Source of the DNA: Candidatus Gottesmanbacteria bacterium GW2011_GWC1_43_10 | GTDB lineage: Bacteria > Patescibacteriota > Microgenomatia > UBA10105 | Direction: 5' to 3' | Assembly: GCA_000995415.1 (NCBI GenBank) | Contig: LCEX01000008.1 | Coordinates: 8,398-72,397 of the forward strand | Length of the DNA stretch: 64,000 nucleotides | In this document: positions 47,523 to 56,674 of the stretch, piece by piece | Layout: each line of letters starts with the position of its first letter | Position numbering within the stretch: position 1 is the first letter of the stretch | The notes under the pieces: model-generated | Databases searched by the model: none | The model's input: only the letters and a program-made list of their open reading frames with translations | Told to the model about the DNA's origin: nothing | Position numbers and translations under genes: made by a program

Positions 47523-48317
47523 TCACTTATATTTAAAGAAAACCAAGTTGCCTAAAAGTAATGCTAATACCAACGAATCGGCCAGTATTACTGGCAAAAA
47601 TGCACTAAATTGCGGTAACGAGACTAGTAATGAGATGATCCCCACAAAAAACCCGAACCAGATTTGTGGGGAGTAATGTATAGGTGTCGTCACCGGCTCG
47701 GGTAACATCACCAGGGAAAAGAAAAGTGTCGTCGGATCCAGATTTAAGTGAAAATTTTGGCCGCTACCGACTTGAATCACCCAGGTTCCTAAAAGATACA
47801 CACTCCAAAAAGCGCCAATTGTCCCCCACCGCCGCAGCCTGATGACAGAAATCAACCCGGGTACCAGTAAGAGTAAAAATCCACTTAATAATTTGAAATT
47901 AGTTAGACTAAGCTGTTGCCACGAAACTCCCCACCAGGAAATTTCATGACTAAATACGGTTCCCACCAAAAATGATCCTAATCCGGCTGGATTGAAAATA
48001 TGTCGTTTGTCAATGCGTAACAAATGTTTCGCGGCCATAGCTATCACTCCGACTGCAACTATTTCGTATAGAGGTAGATTTGGTGCGACTAAAAGCCCAA
48101 TAATAAGTCCGGTAACTAACCCGGCTTTAGGGAAAAACGGTTTAATGCTACGCAATTTTAAAAATATCAGATCAGCCAAAACAGTTGAACCAACGGCCAG
48201 TAAAAATGAGGTTAACTTGGAAAATTGAGGTTGATATAAAAAGGCGCTAAAAAAGATCAAAACCAATACCGCCGCCATCTGGATTTTGGGGATTTTAATT
48301 AGTAATTTAAGTTGCAT
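47523..48317 (-). CDS. RnfD/NqrB-like polytopic membrane protein (short form)
   Basis: 264 aa, about 8 TM, RHIFNPAGLG motif. Confidence 0.4.
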   Translation of the reverse strand: MQLKLLIKIPKIQMAAVLVLIFFSAFLYQPQFSKLTSFLLAVGSTVLADLIFLKLRSIKPFFPKAGLVTGLIIGLLVAPNLPLYEIVAVGVIAMAAKHLLRIDKRHIFNPAGLGSFLVGTVFSHEISWWGVSWQQLSLTNFKLLSGFLLLLVPGLISVIRLRRWGTIGAFWSVYLLGTWVIQVGSGQNFHLNLDPTTLFFSLVMLPEPVTTPIHYSPQIWFGFFVGIISLLVSLPQFSAFLPVILADSLVLALLLGNLVFFKYK

Positions 48318-48444
48318 AGTTCTATTATATCAAGCGCTTGGTAAATTTTGAGCGCATTAAATAATGCAATTGAGCATAAGACTTGTAATGCATATCAACG
48401 ACTTTAACCATCTCACTTGACGGAACTAACCAACTCTTTGTGTT

Positions 48445-49578
48445 TTAGTCAGAAAGTTTCTGGATATTGATTTTCAGTATTTTGTCATCTCCTTCATTTA
48501 CTTTACCCCGACCATCTCGATTGCTAGTGGAAATATAAATATATCCATCTGGTCCTAAAACTACATCTCTGATCCTACCTAATTCCTTTTTAAAATGCTC
48601 CTTAATAATAATTTTGTCTTCCTGAATAATAGCTTCATAAAGAGCTTGACCTCTTAGTCCACCAAAAAATACAGACTCACCTACGAAAGCTGCTCCAGCT
48701 GGTGCCCAAGTATCTGAACCAGAATTTAAACGTGATGCTTCCATCCCTAGTTTCTGTTCATCACCTTGAATAGTTGGCCAACCGTAATTTTTACCAGACT
48801 CAACTAAGTTGAGTTCATCTAAACCAGACTTTGTGCCTGATCTGCCATGTTCTGTTGCCCAAAGTCTGTTCCTTTTATCCCAGACTAAACCTTGGGGATT
48901 GCGATGGCCATAAGAGTAAATTTTAGTTTTAAATGGATTACCAAGAGCTGGTTTTCCCTCATCCGTCACTCTTAAAATTTTTCCAGCTAGGGAATTTAGG
49001 TCTTGAGCCTGTGAAGGTTCTTCTGCATCACCAGTAGTAACGTATAGGAAACCGTCTGGACCAAATTTTATGCGTCCCCCATTGTGGTTGAAAGCTCCTG
49101 GAATTTTATCTACAATTACCTGTTCGTTTTCCATTCTTTGATCTTGGAAAGTCATCCTCACTACCCGATTGAGCGTTTGATCATCGTTAGCTGCATACGT
49201 GTAGTATAAATACACGTATTTGTTGGAGGAAAAATTTGGATGCAACGTGATCCCTAGTAAACCACCTTCACCGATTTCTTTTGCTTCTTTAAGTGTGACT
49301 ACCGGTGTAGGCTTTAGCACTCCACTAACATCAATCAATCTGATTCGGCCAGGTCGTTCTGTGATCAATATACTTCCATCTGGAAGAAATGCGATTCCCC
49401 AAGGTGTATCTAGATTTTCTGCAATTACTGTAGTGGCAAAAGAATCAGCTGGTACTACTTGAGTTGGTTTTGAACTTTGAGGGGAGTTAAAAGAAGGCAT
49501 TTGGTTATTTAGTGATCTTATATATACAAACCCTGTAACAATAAAAATGATTATCCCTAGTAATAGAATTTTTCTCAC
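48445..49578 (-). CDS. PQQ-dependent soluble sugar dehydrogenase (YliI/GSDH beta-propeller family)
   Basis: LDTPWGIAFLPDGSILITERPGRIRLI, HNGGRIKFGPDG, DELN...GKNYGWP. 377 aa with N-terminal TM. Confidence 0.8.
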   Translation of the reverse strand: MRKILLLGIIIFIVTGFVYIRSLNNQMPSFNSPQSSKPTQVVPADSFATTVIAENLDTPWGIAFLPDGSILITERPGRIRLIDVSGVLKPTPVVTLKEAKEIGEGGLLGITLHPNFSSNKYVYLYYTYAANDDQTLNRVVRMTFQDQRMENEQVIVDKIPGAFNHNGGRIKFGPDGFLYVTTGDAEEPSQAQDLNSLAGKILRVTDEGKPALGNPFKTKIYSYGHRNPQGLVWDKRNRLWATEHGRSGTKSGLDELNLVESGKNYGWPTIQGDEQKLGMEASRLNSGSDTWAPAGAAFVGESVFFGGLRGQALYEAIIQEDKIIIKEHFKKELGRIRDVVLGPDGYIYISTSNRDGRGKVNEGDDKILKINIQKLSD

Positions 49579-49594
49579 ATTGGTCGAACACTAT

Positions 49595-50797
49595 TCATTT
49601 TAACTTCGTTCTTTCCTCCGATTTCCTAGCGAAAATAAATGCAGCTAAGAGAGTCGTTATCGGGACAGCTAAAACGAGCCCGATACTAGCAACCAATGTC
49701 CTTACAATCTCCTCTGCGATGATTTCGTAGTTGATGACTTCTGAAAATGGTCTGGGGTTATTAATAAATAAGAGTAAAAGCGGAAGTGCGGCTCCTGTAT
49801 ATACCAGCACCAATGTGTTTACCATCGATGCAATATGGTCGTGTCCTACTTTCATTGCCCGGCTATATAGATCAACAAAAGTAGAGTGTCTGGAAGCATT
49901 TTTTAATTCGGCTACAATTGCTGATTGAGAAACTGTGATATCATCAAATACCCCTAAACCGCCGATGATGATGCCTGCCAGAAGTAAACCTTTTATGTTT
50001 ATAACTCCAGGTTGGAAAACCTGTAAGTAGTTAGCTTCTTCAGAAACAAAACCCGTAAGCCGAGTAATTTCTACAAATAGGCTTGCTAGGATTCCCGTAA
50101 CTACCAATGATAAAATCGTACCAATGATCGCTATAGTAGTTTTTTTATTAATCCCGTGCGAAAGATAAAAAGTCACTGGAACCATAAACAACGAACCGCT
50201 GATGGCAACAGTAATTGGATCACGACCAGAGGAAATCTGCGGCAGGATAAATTTAAAAATAACCAGAAATGATACAGCCATACCGATGAGCGAGGTCAAC
50301 CCATACCATCTACCAATTAAAATAACTACACCCACGAAAATAAGGAAAAGCAATAACAACCCGTCACGTCGAACATAATCAGTAATGTAATAAACATCGT
50401 TGCCCTGAAAGTTTCGGCTATAGGTCAACACCAACTGATCACCCACTTTATACCGTTGTAAGTAAGTGGTGGGAAGATCTCCGTTTTCAACCGCTATTGT
50501 CCTACCGGTTAACGAACCACGCGTAATCATCATTTCGAGTTTCTGGTACAATTGTTCTTTATTATCCATGACCACGATTTGTTTTTCTTCCAAGATTTTT
50601 GTTACTTTTGCTTCTAATATTTCATCCTGTGACTGTGAAATTGGTGGAGCAATCATTGGGTTTTGGTTTTCCTCGGCAAATGCAGTCGAAGAAACACTGA
50701 CTATAAAAGACTGAAACACAAAAATGGAGATCAAAAATAACAGAATTTTTGTTTTTGTCATAGTTATTCCCGTTTGCGCTTTTTTGTTATAAAACAC
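49595..50797 (-). CDS. YibE/F-like membrane protein
   Basis: Signal peptide, soluble domain of about 120 aa, then 6-8 TM segments (LLLFLIFVGVVILIGRWYGLTSLIGMAVSFLV...). Confidence 0.45.
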   Translation of the reverse strand: MFYNKKAQTGITMTKTKILLFLISIFVFQSFIVSVSSTAFAEENQNPMIAPPISQSQDEILEAKVTKILEEKQIVVMDNKEQLYQKLEMMITRGSLTGRTIAVENGDLPTTYLQRYKVGDQLVLTYSRNFQGNDVYYITDYVRRDGLLLLFLIFVGVVILIGRWYGLTSLIGMAVSFLVIFKFILPQISSGRDPITVAISGSLFMVPVTFYLSHGINKKTTIAIIGTILSLVVTGILASLFVEITRLTGFVSEEANYLQVFQPGVINIKGLLLAGIIIGGLGVFDDITVSQSAIVAELKNASRHSTFVDLYSRAMKVGHDHIASMVNTLVLVYTGAALPLLLLFINNPRPFSEVINYEIIAEEIVRTLVASIGLVLAVPITTLLAAFIFARKSEERTKLK

Positions 50798-50857
50798 TCT
50801 ACATTGATTATACTTCTTTAGTCAGAATATAGCCCGGTAGAGATCACGTCATTTAAG

Positions 50858-51910
50858 TTATTTTAAATGTCTTCTATAAAACTCCACTGTTCTCTGCATG
50901 GCTTGGGTAAAACTTGATCCGGTCAGGTTGTGTCCGCCACTTGGATATTCATATAACTCGTGCACTATTGAGGTCGCATCAAGGATTTTTTTGAGGTTTC
51001 GGCTGTATTCAATATTTACTACCTCATCATTTGTGGCATGATGGATTTGAATCGCCCCTTTGATATCAGTTAAATAGTTCGTGGGGACGACTTGCAACCA
51101 AAAAATGTTTTCTGGATCAAACTCTCCATAGGTATCAAACAAAATTTTTCTTTTGCGAGCGCGTTCTGAACCAGTCGGTGGCGATTGATAACTGGCATCA
51201 CCAATGCGATATTCCCTTAAGTCTGAATAAGTATACCCGGCTCCTGCCCAAACCACTACGGCTGGTATTTGAGGTCTGGCTGCCAAACTTCGGAAAACCA
51301 CATTACCCGCCATACTGTGTCCCCACAACCCGACAGAATTCGGATTAACAAAATCTGCAGATTGCAAAGCCGCTTGCGCGTTCAATGTATCAATCACATA
51401 ATCTGAAGAATAATATGCTCCACTTGCTTCTCCCTCAGAACTCCCATGTCCGCGTAAATCAATTTTAAATACCACGAAGCCGTTACGGGCTAAAAAATCA
51501 ACATAATCTTGATACTTTTCCAAAGTCGCGTATTGTTTTGGAGGTATATATCCATGCACAAATACAATAGCCGGCCAACCTGTCACCGGTTGTTGACCCA
51601 AAGGAATAGTTAACAATCCGTTAACCCTCAGATTATCTGATGTATAACTAGTCAAATAACTCGTATAGTTTGAATTTTGGGTAATTTTTTCAAGACTGGC
51701 TAAAGCACTTTGATACTTCCGTTCCCGTAAATAAGGAATGGTTAAGTCGATAAACGGATCAGGTGTAGAACTGGGTTTGGGGAAAAGCTGGATAAGAGAC
51801 TGGTTAAAAGATATTGGTTTGGTTTGTACTCTCTTTATCAGAGATAACACTAAGATAACACTTCCCACAACAAATATAACGAGGATAAATTTTTGTCTGT
51901 TCTTCGACAT
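50858..51910 (-). CDS. Secreted alpha/beta hydrolase (DLH/S9-like)
   Basis: GWPAIVFVHGY, nucleophile elbow GHSMAGN, C-terminal H in HHATNDEVV. N-terminal TM. Confidence 0.75.
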   Translation of the reverse strand: MSKNRQKFILVIFVVGSVILVLSLIKRVQTKPISFNQSLIQLFPKPSSTPDPFIDLTIPYLRERKYQSALASLEKITQNSNYTSYLTSYTSDNLRVNGLLTIPLGQQPVTGWPAIVFVHGYIPPKQYATLEKYQDYVDFLARNGFVVFKIDLRGHGSSEGEASGAYYSSDYVIDTLNAQAALQSADFVNPNSVGLWGHSMAGNVVFRSLAARPQIPAVVVWAGAGYTYSDLREYRIGDASYQSPPTGSERARKRKILFDTYGEFDPENIFWLQVVPTNYLTDIKGAIQIHHATNDEVVNIEYSRNLKKILDATSIVHELYEYPSGGHNLTGSSFTQAMQRTVEFYRRHLK

Positions 51911-52139
51911 TTGACCTATTTAACCTCAATTACGAAATGAACGAAACTAAATTTATTTTCACTTGTTGAAACAGTATCAATTTCTTGGATATTTGCTTCT
52001 GTCATAAGTAACTCCTTTCAATATTTTTAAAATATAGTTAACCTACTAAAGCCTGTGTCACTCATTCTAAGTAGTTGTAGGGTCTACTGAATATTTTTGC
52101 ACAGGTTGGTTCCCGCCGCTATCCGGTATTATCCTACAA

Positions 52140-53245
52140 TCATGGTGTATATGTGCCTAAAGTTACCGAACCACCTGACGAGGTTGAATACTTCCAAGTG
52201 TATGGGGGGTTGGAAATTTGATCGTACGATAAACTAAGCGACTTACTTTGACCTGGAGAAAGCGGAAGATTAGTGATATTTTCGTTGTTCGGCGTACCAA
52301 GAGTTTGGCTACGCATGCTCAATCTAATTACCATTACGTTTTGCTGACTTGACCCAGTATTGGTAAATGTGACGTTTATAACCAGCTTATTCCCACTAAC
52401 GTTGGCTGAAGTGATAACACCTGTGATACCGGATTCAAGAGTCTGAGTTCCAGAGGAAACAAATTTAGAGCTAGGTGTTGGCGTGAGAACGATAGACGCA
52501 ATGGGTTGGGGTATAGTTGCGGATGTCTTGGGTGTTGGCGTGGGAGTTGGTGAAAAAAAACTATTGTTGGAGATAAAGATGTTGTAGAAAAAAATGATCT
52601 GGCGACCTGAAAAAGGGTTTCTATTGGTTGGTCAGGAGTGGAAATGGAAACTAAAGTATTATCTGAGGTAATTAAGTACAAAAAAAGTGGATGAAACGAA
52701 GAAGAGTTGGTAGTTGTTTGAACAAGAAAGGCATTTGATTCAGATGAAACTAAACTAACAAGTAAAACACTTCGAGACGAGGAGGCACTGGCTACCTTAT
52801 CTACAAAAGTTTTCAAATCAAAGTCACTACTGACTCCAACTTGACGAACAATAATAAGAGGGATACTTCCTGAAACTTGCCCTCGGAGAGGCGCACTGAT
52901 AACTGTCTGGACTGCTCCATCGAGTTCCGGACTAAACTTTTCACCAGTTTTGTAAATACTATCAATGACCAGTCCTGTTGGAGGCTTAATTTCATAAAGG
53001 TGGAAATTCACCATGGAGACTGCTTTCTTGTACCAATAATCGGTATGGTTGAGATAGTAAGCGTTAAAAGCAATATAAATAGAGGTGATAACGACAGGCA
53101 AACAAATCAAAGCAAAAATAACTAACCAGATTTTTTGGCGGGTTGAGACATGAGGGTTGTCTTCGGAAAAAGCGTTTCGGTTCTTTAGAGCCAAAAAAAT
53201 AACGATAATAGTAAAAATAGCGGTGGGATCTAGAAATAGATTCAT
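52140..53245 (-). pseudogene. Surface protein (N-terminal TM, PT linker, C-terminal beta domain) interrupted by a +/-1 frameshift at an A8/T8 homopolymer
   Basis: ORF 52376..53245 and the frame ending at 52140 overlap. Manual translation past the homopolymer at 52553-52560 gives ...SFFSPTPTPTPKTSATIPQPIASIVLTPTPSSKFVSSGTQTLESGITGVITSANVSGNKLVINVTFTNTG..., continuous with ORF 52140..52334. Confidence 0.5.
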
Positions 53246-53727
53246 GGTTGGTTTGCTTGAACAGCAGAATTTGCTGCAGTATACTTTGGTAACTGATAAG
53301 CAATTATGCTTCCCAACGTGAAGGCAGTTAAATATAACACGAGAGAAAAGATGATTATTAGCTTAATACCGAGGTAAGAACCGGTTTTAATCTTGAAAGC
53401 ACAATAAAAAAGAGCGAGACTGGAAGCAACAGTTACGACTGGATATACTAGTATCAAAGGCATGATAGTAATCATAGAATAAGGCAGCATTCCTACCTTC
53501 GACGTGACCTGATTTAAGATAACTATTACGGCCAAGGTTTTGTAGGCGTTAAAAAGATATAAGAGAGACAGTATGAGAGTAAGCCAAAAAATAAGATTGG
53601 CCGACTTGGGCACTTCTTGAATTGTTGGTCCTGAAACAATGATTGATGTGGAAGGCGAAACTTCGGACGACTTTTGAATGTGTGGTAATAGGATGTTTGA
53701 ATCTACCATTACTTTAAGTATACACAA
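53242..53727 (-). CDS. Hypothetical polytopic membrane protein
   Basis: 161 aa, 4 TM. Confidence 0.4.
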   Translation of the reverse strand: MCILKVMVDSNILLPHIQKSSEVSPSTSIIVSGPTIQEVPKSANLIFWLTLILSLLYLFNAYKTLAVIVILNQVTSKVGMLPYSMITIMPLILVYPVVTVASSLALFYCAFKIKTGSYLGIKLIIIFSLVLYLTAFTLGSIIAYQLPKYTAANSAVQANQP

Positions 53728-53810
53728 TATCTTTTGTGTGTAAACCCAAATCTATATTGACACCGCCAAAAATATAGTACCATAAATATGGTATTTAATG
53801 ATTTGGGGTT

Positions 53811-54377
53811 ATGGCAAAAAAAGGACGAAGCACCTCTCAAATTAAATGGCTCGTAATCCCGCTTATACTTATTGGTCTGGTGGCAGCATTTGTTTTCTTT
53901 AAAGGGAATACTGAAACAAAACCATCTGAAAGCACTGCATATCGGGTTTATCAAAATTCAGAGATTGGTTTTAGTATCAGCTATCCCGAGAGTTGGGAAT
54001 TAAGAAGTGATACTCAAGCATTTGAAAATGGAGATATCGTATCCTTCAATAAAACCGGCCCGACCCAAAAAGCCCAAACAGAGATAACTGACGGAGCGCG
54101 CTTAAGTATCGCTATACCATTTGCGATCAACACTGATCTTAAATCCTGGTTAAAAGACAACTTTAGTAATGAAGCAAAATTTTCGCAAATGACGTTTGGT
54201 GGTGTGACTTTTGAACAAGTAAATGAATGCTATATTGGCTGTTTTATATACTTCTATACACTCAAAGATGGGAAAGTATTTGGAATGGCTACTTTTGCCG
54301 CAGGCGATGACAGCTATAAAATGGTTTATGAAAATGCGCTCTTGACCATGCTTAAATCATTTAAGTTTGACAATTGA
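53811..54377 (+). CDS. Secreted or membrane-anchored hypothetical protein (SYPxxW motif family)
   Basis: N-terminal TM. GFSISYPESWELRSD motif is shared with ORF 54839..55690 (YEISYPKNWQLDES). Confidence 0.45.
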   Translation: MAKKGRSTSQIKWLVIPLILIGLVAAFVFFKGNTETKPSESTAYRVYQNSEIGFSISYPESWELRSDTQAFENGDIVSFNKTGPTQKAQTEITDGARLSIAIPFAINTDLKSWLKDNFSNEAKFSQMTFGGVTFEQVNECYIGCFIYFYTLKDGKVFGMATFAAGDDSYKMVYENALLTMLKSFKFDN

Positions 54378-54397
54378 AAATATCTCCCGCTAAGAGC

Positions 54398-54486
54398 CTG
54401 TTTGAAAACTGGTATTCAAAGGATAAACAGCTCATAGGAGCCTGTAATGATCCCGATTACTATCGGGATCAAACAGGCTCTAAGAC
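54398..54486. repeat. Palindromic repeat with the same outer TIR (TAAGAGCCTGTTTGA...TCAAACAGGCTCTAAG) as 25004..25172 but a different core (GATCCCGATTACTATCGGGATC hairpin)
   Basis: Direct comparison of the terminal 15-16 nt with the 25.0-kb element. Confidence 0.55.
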
Positions 54487-54490
54487 TTCT

Positions 54491-54802
54491 CTATCTCATG
54501 CCCGCAGTAAATAGAGCGAGAATTGAAAAGGTAGCAAATAGTGACACTGCGATACTAAATCCGTTTAAAACCACGGCAATATACGCCAAATAACGGCTCG
54601 TCACAAACGGCCTAGCTGAAAGTCTTTTTTTACCTAAGAAACCTTCGTAACCCAAAGGAATCGCGATTTTTTTCTCCGGCATTTTGAGTGCAGCGATAGA
54701 AAGAAGTAACCCTGGAATTGAAAGAAGTAGACTAAACACGCCAGTCAGAGCTAGTACAAATGATAGGATTCCCAAAATATAAGCCGCGATCAGTTTATTC
54801 AT
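54491..54802 (-). CDS. Small membrane protein
   Basis: 103 aa, 3 TM. Confidence 0.35.
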   Translation of the reverse strand: MNKLIAAYILGILSFVLALTGVFSLLLSIPGLLLSIAALKMPEKKIAIPLGYEGFLGKKRLSARPFVTSRYLAYIAVVLNGFSIAVSLFATFSILALFTAGMR

Positions 54803-54838
54803 ACCATAAGCGTAAACAACGCAATTTCTGCTGTCAAG

Positions 54839-55690
54839 TTATTTTACTGCATTCCATGTATCAGTGGCTAAATCTTGACGCTCAACTACCCATGTCTTGG
54901 GACTCACGCGGTACCAGTTAAAGGTTGTCGTATGGTCGGGAAATATTTCGTAAACTTGAACTACATAATATGGTATTTCTATGGTTGGCGACCGGTCAAT
55001 GCGAACAGTAAAAACTGAACGATCTCCAATGTCTACCTGTTTTTTAAAGGCAATTACTTCCGCAACTTTTTCCACAAGATTGCGCGCTTTGATTTCGTCT
55101 GCATTTGGTCCAGTGCTTTTGAATGACTGGATAATATTAGTTATGGCCTTAATATCTTCCCCCTGCTCAAAATTGATTCGAACGGTGTAAAAATCCCCTG
55201 ACTCGCCAAAAAATGTATATTCACTAAACTCCAGCTGTTTTCCTTCTTCTTTAAATGTTCCCTCTATCAAAAAAGCTTGGTTGCCATTGATTTCCACACT
55301 TTCATCAGAAGTAATTGAGTAATCCCGATTTTGGTCATATGCATCCATCAGGTTTTTGATAAGAGCTGTTTTTCCGCTATCTGAGGTCAACCGCTGATCA
55401 TATTGCGGCTGTATATATACTTTGACGCGCTTTTCAGGACTGACTATGATAACCGCCGGCGCTTCCTGTTTTGATTCATCAAGTTGCCAATTTTTTGGAT
55501 ATGAGATTTCATAACCATTTCCTTGATACACAATAAGGCCCGATCCACTATTTGAATTGCCAATCTGCTGCTCCAAAGAATACTTTGGTGAACGATAGAA
55601 TATAATAACGACCACTGTCACTAACACCGCGCCAATCACCCACCATAAAGGTTTAATAGTTATTTGTTTGCTTTTCTGTTTCTTTTTCAT
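54839..55690 (-). CDS. Secreted or membrane-anchored hypothetical protein (SYPxxW motif family paralog)
   Basis: N-terminal TM, YEISYPKNW motif. ATGA overlap with the upstream RDD gene. Confidence 0.45.
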   Translation of the reverse strand: MKKKQKSKQITIKPLWWVIGAVLVTVVVIIFYRSPKYSLEQQIGNSNSGSGLIVYQGNGYEISYPKNWQLDESKQEAPAVIIVSPEKRVKVYIQPQYDQRLTSDSGKTALIKNLMDAYDQNRDYSITSDESVEINGNQAFLIEGTFKEEGKQLEFSEYTFFGESGDFYTVRINFEQGEDIKAITNIIQSFKSTGPNADEIKARNLVEKVAEVIAFKKQVDIGDRSVFTVRIDRSPTIEIPYYVVQVYEIFPDHTTTFNWYRVSPKTWVVERQDLATDTWNAVK

Positions 55691-56670
55691 TGTTTATTTT
55701 TCACCGCCGTTATTTTTTTACTTGGAATAAGTTTATTCTCTTGCAAAATCGAAAAAACTAGCATTCCTACCAACCCAGAAAATAATAATCCAAACCAAAT
55801 TCGCCATAACCAGATAAAAAACTGACCTTTGATAACTAAAATATCAACTTTATTGTCTCTATCAAAATCAAAGCCATCGATCCGGCCATCGTTGTTTAAA
55901 TCAATAGATTCAGCTACTCCATCAGAATCTGCATCCATGGTCGTAAACTCAACCACCCGATCATTATTCAAATCATATTTGAACACATCGGCTTTTCCAT
56001 CTTCATCTGCGTCAATTGCTAACCCATCAATAAGCGTATCCTGATTGAGATCAACAAACGTTACCTGATTACTCTCAACATACTTAGTTAGCTTTTCACC
56101 AAAGCCATGTATTATTAAAGTCATTAAAAAAAACCCAACTAATCCAAACATTCCCAATTGAATTTTTGGTATCGAATTCTTCTCAAACTTTTCCACATAC
56201 TCAACTTTCGTTTTTGCAACAAAGTCATGAAGCGCCCGCTTGTCTTTTTTATCAAACAAAATTGTAACCCAACCTATCATCAAAAACGCAAACATACAAA
56301 ATCTAACTAATATTTGCCACACTTTTAACGGCTTTTCGTCCTGTGAAATAATTTTTATGCGAACAAGCATCATCGCCGGAGTAGCTCCAAAAAATAGCCA
56401 GAAGAAAAAGAAATATGCCAGAGAAATTAAAATGATGATATATCCAGCACTTGTGAGACTACCACGAAAGGCAAGCAAACTCGTGAGTATATCAATGATA
56501 GCCAAGTCTGTACCCAAACAAATAGCGCGCACCCAAATCCCAGCCGGTTCACTTTTTTTAATCTTGTCTTGATTTCTTTTGCGGATAAATATCAGTAATC
56601 CCACTCCTACCACAGTAGTCAATAATCCGCTCAAAACTTGCCAAACAATAGAAAATTCTAAAATTTGCAT
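55687..56670 (-). CDS. RDD-family membrane protein with C-terminal extracellular Ca-binding (dockerin/EF-hand-like) Asp-rich repeats and terminal TM
   Basis: WVRAICLGTDLAIIDIL...DKKDKRALHDFVAKTKV RDD block. DADEDGKADVFKYDLNNDRVV...DADSDGVAESIDLNNDGRIDGFDFDRDN repeats. Confidence 0.6.
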   Translation of the reverse strand: MQILEFSIVWQVLSGLLTTVVGVGLLIFIRKRNQDKIKKSEPAGIWVRAICLGTDLAIIDILTSLLAFRGSLTSAGYIIILISLAYFFFFWLFFGATPAMMLVRIKIISQDEKPLKVWQILVRFCMFAFLMIGWVTILFDKKDKRALHDFVAKTKVEYVEKFEKNSIPKIQLGMFGLVGFFLMTLIIHGFGEKLTKYVESNQVTFVDLNQDTLIDGLAIDADEDGKADVFKYDLNNDRVVEFTTMDADSDGVAESIDLNNDGRIDGFDFDRDNKVDILVIKGQFFIWLWRIWFGLLFSGLVGMLVFSILQENKLIPSKKITAVKNKQ

Positions 56671-56674
56671 AGTT

